The notes under the pieces: model-generated
The model's database searches: none
What the model was told of the DNA's origin: nothing
The model's input: the letters and a program-made list of their open reading frames with translations, nothing else
Virus record (IMG/VR): IMGVR_UViG_3300034782_000062
Span: 1-64,000 of that record
Strand: one strand, 5' to 3'
DNA: 64,000 nt
Source: a virus
Made by a program: the position numbers and the translations under genes
Shown here: positions 27,220 to 35,694 of the stretch, piece after piece
Position numbering within the stretch: the stretch's first letter is position 1
Layout: each line of letters starts with the position of its first letter

Positions 27220-27739
27220 CGAGGTACTCCTGGATCGTCTCGATGCTGTCCTCGTCTTCGAGGAGAGCAGCGAGCCCGAAGTGCTTGGGCTCGATGGCGA
27301 GCAGCTCATCGAAGGTGAGCCACGCCCAGCGCTCGGTCTCCCAGGTGATATGAGGCTCGAACTCAAACGGAATGATTCCGAGGAAGTTGTAGTAGGTGAA
27401 GCCGACCTCCGGATCCTCGAAGACGTAGAGATCGATCAGCTCCATCGGAAGTGAATAACCTGTCTCCTCCTCGAACTCCCGATATACTGCGTCCTCAGGA
27501 TTCTCAAGCTCGGCGTCTTCAGGATCGGGCTCGATCCACTCCCCCTCCTCGTCATCGTAGTAAGGCTCTGTGGACTCTGGCGTTGTGTCGAGCTTGCCGC
27601 CGATGGTGCTCCATGTCAGTGGCTCATAGACCCGATGAGACCGCAGGGGCACCAGAAAACGTCCGGTGTCCTCGGCCATGGGAAGCACCCCGGCGCCGGC
27701 CGCACCCCAATACGCTGGATTCCGACGCCATTGTTCCAT
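27212..27739 (-). CDS. NUDIX hydrolase (RRNP at N-terminus)
   Basis: GAGVLP, WSTIGGKLD...AVYREFEEETGY, with an acidic insertion inside the Nudix box. Confidence 0.85.
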   Translation of the reverse strand: MEQWRRNPAYWGAAGAGVLPMAEDTGRFLVPLRSHRVYEPLTWSTIGGKLDTTPESTEPYYDDEEGEWIEPDPEDAELENPEDAVYREFEEETGYSLPMELIDLYVFEDPEVGFTYYNFLGIIPFEFEPHITWETERWAWLTFDELLAIEPKHFGLAALLEDEDSIETIQEYLDE

Positions 27740-28173
27740 TACGCCTCCCGAAAATTCTTGAGCGTCTCAAACGTCCCAGGATGCATCAGGAAGCGGTCGA
27801 ACTCGTGGTGCTTGCCTTCGAGGATATAGAGGCTCCCGAGGTCGAGCCATCGGAAGCAATCATTCTCCCAGTTGAGCCGAGGAGTAAACTCCTGACCGAA
27901 AATGCCGAGGAAGACGTGAAAGATCGTTCCGTCCTGGTTCATCATCTTGCCGAGCGGGAAGACATGACGAGGATCAGTGAAAGTCTCCTCCACAAACTCC
28001 CGCACCGCGGTCTCATAGGGCGTTTCCCTACGGTTCACATCAAAGTTGAATTGAGACATCCCACACGGGAAGGACCACGTTACAGGCTCCGAGACGGCCA
28101 GAGATCGCCTGGTCACCATGAAGCGTCCAGTGTTCTGGGCCAAGGGGAGAATGCCTGCTGCGTGGTGTCTCAT
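27739..28173 (-). CDS. NUDIX hydrolase (tandem paralog)
   Basis: AAGILP, WSFPCG...ETPYETAVREFVEET. Confidence 0.85.
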   Translation of the reverse strand: MRHHAAGILPLAQNTGRFMVTRRSLAVSEPVTWSFPCGMSQFNFDVNRRETPYETAVREFVEETFTDPRHVFPLGKMMNQDGTIFHVFLGIFGQEFTPRLNWENDCFRWLDLGSLYILEGKHHEFDRFLMHPGTFETLKNFREA

Positions 28174-28175
28174 CG

Positions 28176-28883
28176 CTATTCCGTTTCCTCCAGGGGAGGA
28201 TAGGGCTCTCCCTCCTGCTTTGCCTCCATCACATCGACGAAGCGCTTGATTTGCCAGAGGGCTTCCCGCTTCTGCCCACTGATGTTATTGAAACCCACGC
28301 TATTACGCGACCTCAGTGCGCACCCCCCCAGAGAATTCCTAATAAATTCCATCGCCTGTTGGTACTGATAGGTCAGAGTGTCAGTCTTGATTGCGGCGAC
28401 TGTACTCGATGCCTTCATGGCGTAGCCCGCGGCCTTCGCTACTTCAACGACGTCTATTGACGGATAAAAGTCGAATCGACCTTCACGAATCGCCACGTGC
28501 CTTTTCCAGATATCCGATGCTTCGAGCCTGTCGATATGGTCGTGGGCGACGTTCTCTATCGACTCCAGGAGAGCAAAGGTCTCAGCCCGTCGAAGGTCAC
28601 TGACCTCCTGCTCATCGAGATGCCCTATCGCATGGCGAACCCAGTCTACCGCAAGCAAGAGAGAGAGATCGAGGTCCAGATAAAGCATCTTGACGATGAC
28701 TGTTATCGGCTCCCTTTCCCACTGCTGCACCAGGTAGAGACACCGAGAAGCTTCGTAGCCCATCTCGTTGAGGACGGCATCTTCTTCGAGGCTGTCGTAG
28801 CCATGGAGAACGAGGTCACCACCACGAGTTATCTCGACCTCGACAAGCTCACCATCGCAAAACTCCTGGAACGTCACCGCCAT
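28176..28883 (-). CDS. Hypothetical helical protein (Imm5-like segment possible)
   Basis: LLLAVDWVRHAI resembles the Imm5-like FA.DCAEHVL pattern; weak. Confidence 0.4.
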   Translation of the reverse strand: MAVTFQEFCDGELVEVEITRGGDLVLHGYDSLEEDAVLNEMGYEASRCLYLVQQWEREPITVIVKMLYLDLDLSLLLAVDWVRHAIGHLDEQEVSDLRRAETFALLESIENVAHDHIDRLEASDIWKRHVAIREGRFDFYPSIDVVEVAKAAGYAMKASSTVAAIKTDTLTYQYQQAMEFIRNSLGGCALRSRNSVGFNNISGQKREALWQIKRFVDVMEAKQEGEPYPPLEETE

Positions 28884-28884
28884 C

Positions 28885-30015
28885 TCACCACCGATACGGC
28901 TCGTGCTCCAAATCCTCGAACTCTCCAACAAACTCTTCTATCTCGAACGGACCTTCCTTGTAACCAGGGGGGACTGCGAAGGCTGCTCCGCACGACTTGC
29001 ACTCCATCACGCGAATAGGATTGTCAAATCCCGGAACCCTCATTCTGTCGTGATAGACACGCGGACCCCACGATGAGGCGCTTTCTGGAAGATCAAGTGG
29101 AGCCAAATACATCCAACCACCACAACGAGCACAGCGCGCTGGATGACCCGTCCTCTCGCTAACCCAATGAGCAAAATGAAAATCCAACGCTTCAGGCGGC
29201 TCAGTCCCAGGAGGGCCGTAGTGCTCTATGAAGTCGTCTATTCTTATCCAATTTTTGCGGAATATGACACCAACCAACCAGTCGAGTGAAAGCACCTTTG
29301 GCATTACAATCTCCGCATAACCAATCGCGGAAACCTTGTTCGTTGAGAGCCACCGAATAATGTTTCTATGACCGCCCCCGCCGACCTCACGATCCACGTA
29401 GCGCAGGGCTGCTGCATTGACAGGAGAAGACTCACGAGCACCCTGAACCCATTCGAGCCAGTCCTCAGCCTCCCCCCCTTTTATCCTCCAGACGTTTTGG
29501 ATGAACCTAGCGTCCTCCTGAAAGGCTTCGAGCTGCTCGGGCGTCCAGGTTCGCTCATCGTTCCGATCTTCGATACGGAGGCCGTCTGCGACGCTCATAT
29601 AGAGACCTTGAAGGTCATCGAATCCAACGAGCGCCCCTTCCTCGATGAGCCTGTAGGGGTCAAAAACGAGGTGATATCCCCATTTCCCCGCGTCATGAGG
29701 CTTGCAGATGTTCAGGAAGACGTACTCATCATCACCAGCCGCCCGGTCCATCCCAAAAAACATGGATCGTTGGTCGCCAATGCCGAGTCGCTGCCTCTCC
29801 GCGTTCGAATAGACAGCTCCTTGCTCCCAAATCGTGCGAAAAGCGTTTTCAGTGGCTATCAGCTCCTGAGGGCCATAAACGAGCCTGGGGTTGTAGTCCT
29901 CCTCATCAACTTTTCCCATGATGCCATGGTAGGCGAAAAGAGAGTGTGGGCCGCAGGCTGGGTAGTAAACGCCGGTTCCGGTGGTGGGATTCTCTTCGGG
30001 GACAATAACAGGCAT
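28885..30015 (-). CDS. DarT-like ADP-ribosyltransferase-fold protein with a C-terminal Zn ribbon
   Basis: AYH, IWEQGAVYS..ER, GDDEYVFL, YAEIVMP..LSLD.L; C-terminal CARC/CKSC. Confidence 0.5.
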   Translation of the reverse strand: MPVIVPEENPTTGTGVYYPACGPHSLFAYHGIMGKVDEEDYNPRLVYGPQELIATENAFRTIWEQGAVYSNAERQRLGIGDQRSMFFGMDRAAGDDEYVFLNICKPHDAGKWGYHLVFDPYRLIEEGALVGFDDLQGLYMSVADGLRIEDRNDERTWTPEQLEAFQEDARFIQNVWRIKGGEAEDWLEWVQGARESSPVNAAALRYVDREVGGGGHRNIIRWLSTNKVSAIGYAEIVMPKVLSLDWLVGVIFRKNWIRIDDFIEHYGPPGTEPPEALDFHFAHWVSERTGHPARCARCGGWMYLAPLDLPESASSWGPRVYHDRMRVPGFDNPIRVMECKSCGAAFAVPPGYKEGPFEIEEFVGEFEDLEHEPYRW

Positions 30016-30051
30016 CGCGCAGCTCCTCGTGACCAAAGCCACGCTTTGGCT

Positions 30052-30783
30052 TTAATCCTCTTCTGGTATCGGAATATGGGCTCCAAGAAGCGGGGACCCA
30101 GGTGCGTCATGACCTCGCATAGCCCAGATATCGACGCGGTCTTGGTTGGTGTACCCGGGGAACAAGAAATTTTTGTTGTCGTACCAAAAAACCCTCATAA
30201 AATCGGCCTTTGCGGTCATTGATATAACCCTAAAAATATTTGGGCTTCGTGCTCCTCTGTCCGGACCCGGGCCTTCATCATAAAAGAAGTTGTTGTCAAG
30301 CGGGAACTTGTAATAGTTATACCTCATCTCCCCTCGTTGAAGTCCCCAATCCTCAACCTGAAGAGTCTGAGCGTCAAAGTAATCGACCTTTGCCTCTTGC
30401 CACCATTGTTTTCTCATATCCAGAAGAGAGGGAGAAACTGATGGATCGAAGCCGTCCATAAAATTCCTGTATGTCGTCTCTCCATTTATGTCAGCATCAG
30501 GGCGATCCCTGCCACCTTTGAGCCTACCAAAGTATGACCAGGCCACGTAGATGCCGAAATCGAAAAGATTTGGCTGTTCCCGGGTCTCTTCTGAAATCAA
30601 ATCCGCGATGTAAAGAATAACCCTGTTTCCAACCCCTGGATTGAAGTCCAAGGTGCCCGACTCTCCCGAAATATTCAAAGGAGGGTTTCGGAAGTCAGAA
30701 CCTGCGTACAGGTTTCCAGCAAGACCAGAGAGGGTGCCAACTCGAAAAATGTCGCTCCTGTACTGTCCCGAATTATCTGACAT
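30052..30783 (-). CDS. Beta-rich putative virion structural protein (vertex/penton candidate)
   Basis: Aromatic/Gly/Asn-rich beta pattern, no TM; position within the structural region. Confidence 0.35.
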   Translation of the reverse strand: MSDNSGQYRSDIFRVGTLSGLAGNLYAGSDFRNPPLNISGESGTLDFNPGVGNRVILYIADLISEETREQPNLFDFGIYVAWSYFGRLKGGRDRPDADINGETTYRNFMDGFDPSVSPSLLDMRKQWWQEAKVDYFDAQTLQVEDWGLQRGEMRYNYYKFPLDNNFFYDEGPGPDRGARSPNIFRVISMTAKADFMRVFWYDNKNFLFPGYTNQDRVDIWAMRGHDAPGSPLLGAHIPIPEED

Positions 30784-30861
30784 GGCTCACTCCACTCGCC
30801 ACACCAAGTGCGGCTCGGTTGAATCTGTGATTGAAGACCTTGGTGATCATACGCTCGGCTC

Positions 30862-31083
30862 CTAGTTCGGCGACTCGTCGGTCGCTTTACCCTCAAGGAA
30901 CCTCGCGCACTTCGGTATGAGTTCGCCCTCAAGGGCCTCTTTTACTTCGAGGATACCACTTGCATCGACATCCGGGACATAAGTGTAGTTTCCAAGAGCG
31001 TGAGCAAGTCGCAGGAGGGCCTCGTTCAGATGATGGACAGCAGAACGAAGCTCCTTTCCAGCGATTTTCTCATGGTCTGGCAT
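30862..31083 (-). CDS. Small hypothetical protein
   Basis: TGATG coupling at 31081-31085. Confidence 0.5.
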   Translation of the reverse strand: MPDHEKIAGKELRSAVHHLNEALLRLAHALGNYTYVPDVDASGILEVKEALEGELIPKCARFLEGKATDESPN

Positions 31084-31487
31084 CAGTCCCGCGGATAGCT
31101 CCGCCTCGTTCCGAAGTAAGTCAGCAACGCCATCCCACCGAAAGCGAGAAAGAAAGGCCACAGCGCCCCAAAGGTCGACGGCTGCATCTCGCCGTTTCCA
31201 TTATCGGTACCGAAAGCGTCCGGGCCATAGGGTGCCACCCTGCTCAGCGCGCCCGCCGCACCGAGACGGTAGATATTCGACCACAAGGGGCTCGCCTTGG
31301 GGTTGATCGGCGTCGCGACGTAGCGGCCGTCGCTGTTCGCCGGATCGGCCTCACCCATTCCCATACCGCCGTTGATCTCCTGAATTGGAACAGCGATCTC
31401 GGGCCTTGGGTACCCAGTCTGCAGCGTCCACATGACGGGGCTCAGCCTTGACAAGTGAACCTGCTTGAGCTGTTTCACAGCGTTCAT
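31083..31487 (-). CDS. Small C-terminally anchored membrane protein with GMGMG and TDNGNG
   Basis: YPRP motif, C-terminal TM; paralog of 31484-31861. Confidence 0.65.
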   Translation of the reverse strand: MNAVKQLKQVHLSRLSPVMWTLQTGYPRPEIAVPIQEINGGMGMGEADPANSDGRYVATPINPKASPLWSNIYRLGAAGALSRVAPYGPDAFGTDNGNGEMQPSTFGALWPFFLAFGGMALLTYFGTRRSYPRD

Positions 31488-31861
31488 ATTACAATCTCCT
31501 CTTTGCGTGTCAGCCAGAGGATTGCGAGACCTCCAACAAACATCGCAGCGAGTATCCCAAAGAAGGGAATCGTCCCAGAACCGTTCTGGGTTGCCCCGTT
31601 CTCTCCGTTCGTCCCGAGTCCACAGCACCCCCCAAAGGGAAGCACGACAGGGTAATGAGCGCTCGGACTCGCAATAACAGCTCCGCCTCCGATGCCACGA
31701 GAGACTGTGCCCCACAAAGGCTGATGGATCTCCTGATCGAGCTGAAGCGTTTCACCAGGCAATTTCTCAGCCACGCGACCATTGACTCGACTCGTCGGAA
31801 GCTGACTGACTGGACGCGGATACATCCAAGGTACCACTGGACTTTCTACTGCCGTCGGCAT
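31484..31861 (-). CDS. Small C-terminally anchored membrane protein with GLGTNG
   Basis: YPRP motif, GLGTNGENG, TM followed by RKEE. Confidence 0.65.
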   Translation of the reverse strand: MPTAVESPVVPWMYPRPVSQLPTSRVNGRVAEKLPGETLQLDQEIHQPLWGTVSRGIGGGAVIASPSAHYPVVLPFGGCCGLGTNGENGATQNGSGTIPFFGILAAMFVGGLAILWLTRKEEIVI

Positions 31862-31863
31862 CC

Positions 31864-32184
31864 TCAGGACTCCTGCTTCTTCTCGCCACGCTCCATCTTA
31901 CTGCCGAGGGCAGCGAGATTGAGGTTCTCTGGCGTCCCTTGCTCGTTGAGCACCCTCCATGAAACGTTCCACCCGTGGAGAAGGCCCTGCTGCACCATCA
32001 TGGCAGCAAGCTTGATCGCCGGCTTCCGCTTCTGGAAACCCGGACGGAACAGGCGAATACCATTGACGAAAACACAGACGCGCCAGACCTTCCCACGAAC
32101 AGGAGAGTCTTGCAGCTTGACGACGACGAGCATCGTCTTCTCAGGCTGCTGCTGTTTCTCCGTCTTTGGCGCTGCATAGGTCAC
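31864..32184 (-). CDS. Hypothetical basic protein
   Basis: Packed ORF with SD. Confidence 0.55.
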   Translation of the reverse strand: MTYAAPKTEKQQQPEKTMLVVVKLQDSPVRGKVWRVCVFVNGIRLFRPGFQKRKPAIKLAAMMVQQGLLHGWNVSWRVLNEQGTPENLNLAALGSKMERGEKKQES

Positions 32185-32189
32185 AGGGA

Positions 32190-32642
32190 CTACCTGTAGC
32201 TCCTGCGACTTCGCCTCGCTCGTGTCCGCTCACGTCGGCTTCGAGCACGCCTCGCACTCCTGAGCATCGCCGCCTTCTCTTGCTTCGCCGCTTGCTTTGC
32301 CTCGCCGGATCCATACTTCGCGATCCAGTTGACCACATCGGCGCAGGTCGGGAACTCCGTCTCGGAACACCTTCCTGCCTGGACGTAGGTTAGGGCTTTG
32401 CGCTGGTGATACTGATCACCAACCGGCCACCGGCACTTGCCTCCCTTTCTGGAGATGCATCGGCTGCTGGCAGCCTTGCGAGAAGTGCGAGAGCTGCGAG
32501 TCTCGTAACGCCGCGGGTTTGCCACCGCGCCTTCGAGCGCAAGCTCTTCTTCGAGCATCGCCGTCTCGTCTCCCTTGGTGAGGAGCTTCACGACGGCGTA
32601 CCCCAAGCCGGCTCCGAGAGCGACTTGCAAAAATGGATGCAT
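32190..32642 (-). CDS. N-terminal TM, ANP linker, basic Cys-containing domain
   Basis: Start ATG 32642 (TGATG coupling); Arg-rich tail. Confidence 0.6.
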   Translation of the reverse strand: MHPFLQVALGAGLGYAVVKLLTKGDETAMLEEELALEGAVANPRRYETRSSRTSRKAASSRCISRKGGKCRWPVGDQYHQRKALTYVQAGRCSETEFPTCADVVNWIAKYGSGEAKQAAKQEKAAMLRSARRARSRRERTRARRSRRSYR

Positions 32643-33187
32643 CACTGACCCCTTCTGTGACGCAGCATATGCTCGGCAGCAGCGTTGACCTTCTTCATCG
32701 CCTTTTCGCGCTGAACACGATCTTGCTCGTCTCTCGCATGGTCCGGATGAACCTGACGAGCCTTCTGCTTCCGAGCAGCTTCGATATCCTCCTCCTTGGC
32801 GTACCAGTCGACCCCCAGAATATCCCAGGGTTGCTCTGGATATGGCCAACGAGCCTCTTCTTGCTGTGCGTGTTGGTTCTGATAGTTGGCGTAGTGTGGC
32901 GGAGGTTCGACGGTCACAAATTCGAAGTGGTGAGAGATGCAATCGGCACAGATGACATTGTAGCGGTCGACGGCCACGGCGTTGACGAACACGTGAACAC
33001 GACAGACGAACCGACCACAAGCCTGGCACTTGACGATCGTCGGCGAATAGCAGAAAGCGCACTTCGGCGCGACCTGTCTCGCTGTCTCGACGACCTTCTG
33101 AGCACCGCTTCCAATCAGCTCATCGAGCATGGACCCAAACATCGTTTTGGCCCAGCCCCCGGCCTTCTGCTTCGGTTGTCCTGGCAA
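32642..33187 (-). CDS. B-box-like Zn finger plus C-terminal DnaJ (J) domain
   Basis: CAFC...CQACGRFVCRVH...CADC; PWDILGV...HPD...KVNAA. Confidence 0.75.
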   Translation of the reverse strand: MPGQPKQKAGGWAKTMFGSMLDELIGSGAQKVVETARQVAPKCAFCYSPTIVKCQACGRFVCRVHVFVNAVAVDRYNVICADCISHHFEFVTVEPPPHYANYQNQHAQQEEARWPYPEQPWDILGVDWYAKEEDIEAARKQKARQVHPDHARDEQDRVQREKAMKKVNAAAEHMLRHRRGQ

Positions 33188-33718
33188 CTACATCTCCATA
33201 TCGAGCAGCGACCACTTGCTGTTGGGGTTGCCGCCCGAGGCTCTCGGGATCGGACCAGCCGCTCCCGGCGTCTGAGAAACCGGCATGATTCCACCGGACA
33301 TTGCTGGAGCACCTCCGTTAGGAGGGACGCCGTTGCCGTTGGGCAGAGCACCGCCATTCATCATGGCCTGGGCCTGTTGATTCATGGCCTGCATCTGAGC
33401 CGGTGGGAGCGCGCCAGCAACGGTTTGACCGTTGGGTAGAGCGGCTCCGTTCTGCGGAGCCTGTGCGACGGTCGGATAGTGCATGACCATCGAGACCGCA
33501 TAGGCTCCCGCAACCCCTGCGACTGCCACCGCCGCGTTCGCCATGCCCCTCTTGTGAAGGTAGTAGGCCAACCCGGCTCCGGCGCCAGCAGCGAGGACTT
33601 TGTGAGTGGTAGAAGATTGTCGCCATCGTGTGATTGGCGCCTTGGCAACGTCGGTGAGCATCCCAGAAAGACCGGAGAGCCCAGCGAGCGCCGCCAGAGA
33701 ATTTCTAGCAGCGTTCAT
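33188..33718 (-). CDS. Two-TM membrane protein with a Pro/Gly/Asn-rich tail
   Basis: LAGLSGLSG N-terminus, two hydrophobic helices, PNG repeats. Confidence 0.6.
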   Translation of the reverse strand: MNAARNSLAALAGLSGLSGMLTDVAKAPITRWRQSSTTHKVLAAGAGAGLAYYLHKRGMANAAVAVAGVAGAYAVSMVMHYPTVAQAPQNGAALPNGQTVAGALPPAQMQAMNQQAQAMMNGGALPNGNGVPPNGGAPAMSGGIMPVSQTPGAAGPIPRASGGNPNSKWSLLDMEM

Positions 33719-33722
33719 GGTC

Positions 33723-34253
33723 CTAGCCCTTCGTATCGACGATCCTGAAGACCTTGCGCGGATACTTCGCCTCCAGCGCAGCCTGCTTCTTCCGTGCCGA
33801 GGTCAGCAGCTTGTGCGAGGACTGGTAGCGCATGCTTCCATCCACCACGACATAGCGCTGACAACGCGTCGGACAAGCCCTGACCGTCACGGACGAGCCC
33901 TTGCGACGCTTCGGCGTGGCGCGCTTTGCGGCCGTCTTGCGCTTCGGCGCGGCCTTTTTGGTGGTTCTCTTGCGCTTCGGCGCGGCCTTGCGAGTGGCCG
34001 TCTTCTTGAGACCGTAGGCCTCCTTCACCATGGTCGGCGTAACGCCTGCGCGTCTCTTGCCCATCTTGGTGAAGAGCTTCTGGTCGCGCTGCGACATCGG
34101 TCGGCCAGCGCAAGGCTTCCCCGTCACGGGGTGGCCCTTGACGTCCTTGCCCCAGGTTAGCCCCTTCTTCTTCGCCGGGTTCTTCCTCGCGGGCTTGCGG
34201 CCCGTGTTCCGGCGAACTGTCTTCTTTCGAGCATTTTTTCTTGCGGTCGCCAT
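33723..34253 (-). CDS. Highly basic, histone H1-like DNA-binding protein
   Basis: K/R-rich with KAAPKRK repeats; shares the HPVTG...RPMS.RD.KLF...AYGLK module with the 1171-aa protein. Confidence 0.65.
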   Translation of the reverse strand: MATARKNARKKTVRRNTGRKPARKNPAKKKGLTWGKDVKGHPVTGKPCAGRPMSQRDQKLFTKMGKRRAGVTPTMVKEAYGLKKTATRKAAPKRKRTTKKAAPKRKTAAKRATPKRRKGSSVTVRACPTRCQRYVVVDGSMRYQSSHKLLTSARKKQAALEAKYPRKVFRIVDTKG

Positions 34254-34266
34254 CGCGGCACCCTCC

Positions 34267-34851
34267 TTAGTTCATGAACTCCCGAGGCCGCTCCCTCGGG
34301 AGCAGCGTTTTCGCCTGTGCCGCTGTCCTCGGCCAGACGCGTTGGCCATCTCTATACGTGCGAATATGTTTCCCTCGCGGTCCTCCGCGAAAGATTTTTC
34401 TCGTTTTTCCAGTCTGTGATCCAATTCTAGCAAAATCTTGAGCAGATCTCAGAGGATAGCCGCCAGGGTGGTATTTGCTTCCTGGCTGAGGGTAGAGCAC
34501 CCTCTCTCCGACGACCTTGACGACGTAGCGATCTGAGCGGACATTTTCCTCCAGCTCGTCGTCGCCGAGATTCTCTTCAATCTCTCGTTCGTCCTCTTTT
34601 CTCGTGTAGAGGTAGAAGACGAACCAGGCCAAACCGCCCAACAGCAGGCCCTTCGCCCAGATCGGCGTCTGAGACATCGCATCGCCCAGAGGAGGCTGCG
34701 GCGTTTGAGCTTGCTGCTGTCGACGACGGTAATACAGCCCGAGTGCGATCGCGCCGACGCCCACCGCCAAGGCAACATCCCCAGGACGAACTTTCCAGGT
34801 CTCTTCCGATGGATTGATGAGCGTCAGGACTTCGACTGGATTTTCTCTCAT
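34267..34851 (-). CDS. Two-TM membrane protein with a basic C-terminal domain
   Basis: RENP/INP motifs, two TM segments. Confidence 0.6.
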   Translation of the reverse strand: MRENPVEVLTLINPSEETWKVRPGDVALAVGVGAIALGLYYRRRQQQAQTPQPPLGDAMSQTPIWAKGLLLGGLAWFVFYLYTRKEDEREIEENLGDDELEENVRSDRYVVKVVGERVLYPQPGSKYHPGGYPLRSAQDFARIGSQTGKTRKIFRGGPRGKHIRTYRDGQRVWPRTAAQAKTLLPRERPREFMN

Positions 34852-34860
34852 CGTCGCCCC

Positions 34861-35694
34861 CTACACCACGACCGCCCCAGTCGATATCCAAGTTTCAGCC
34901 GGCACTCCTTGGAATGCGCTGACCCAAGAGTTGTAGTTTGCCCCTGATCCCCATGTCTCTTCCATAACCGATTCGCAGGGCTGCCCGATGGCTGAGCGCG
35001 AAACAGGGCACTCGCGTGCTCCTGGATTTGCAGAAACGTGACCGGGGGCAGTATGCCCACCGTGCTCAATACCCCAGAGCACGCCTGGTGTCTGGGCCAT
35101 CTCATCTCGCACCTGAGCAATGAAGCTTCGCTCTCCTCCATCTTCGTAGGAAGCGCTGCTCCATCCGGACTCGCCTGGATTACTCGCAGAGGAGCAACCA
35201 GCCCAGCCAATCCAGCCGCCTGCTGCCATTCGAGGCCCAACCTCGCGAGCAAACGTTCGATGAGACATCCACGTCGGGAGCTGATCGTCTCCGACACGAA
35301 TTCCAGAGTGGCCAGGGCGCATGTACTGTGTCGTCGTCCCGTGGCCCACCATGATGAGATTCTTGATTCTGCGATAACGCCTCACCGCATCGAGAACATC
35401 TTGCGCGTTTCGAGCTGGATAGAGAGCCGCTCCAATGTTCGCCGCGATTCGCTCGCCAACGTGTCGGAACTCGCCAGCACCATCTCCCTCGGCGACGTAG
35501 ATGACAACGTTGTCTCCCGTCGTTACGACAGCGGTGTAGATGACACCACCGATGAGAATGGCCACGCTCAGGCCACCGGCCGCGAGCAGCAGCGGCCTTT
35601 CTTTAAGGTGATCAATGAAGTCACGCGCGACACTGAAGAATCGAGGATTCTCGTTCCACTCGTACTCAACGATGTCGGCGTCGTACTGCATCAA
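34861..35694 (-). CDS. TM-anchored DUF4347/CHAT-like (clan CD) putative cysteine peptidase
   Basis: LIMVGHG and WIGWAGCS supply a His-Gly...Gly-Cys dyad after beta strands. Confidence 0.45.
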   Translation of the reverse strand: MMQYDADIVEYEWNENPRFFSVARDFIDHLKERPLLLAAGGLSVAILIGGVIYTAVVTTGDNVVIYVAEGDGAGEFRHVGERIAANIGAALYPARNAQDVLDAVRRYRRIKNLIMVGHGTTTQYMRPGHSGIRVGDDQLPTWMSHRTFAREVGPRMAAGGWIGWAGCSSASNPGESGWSSASYEDGGERSFIAQVRDEMAQTPGVLWGIEHGGHTAPGHVSANPGARECPVSRSAIGQPCESVMEETWGSGANYNSWVSAFQGVPAETWISTGAVVV

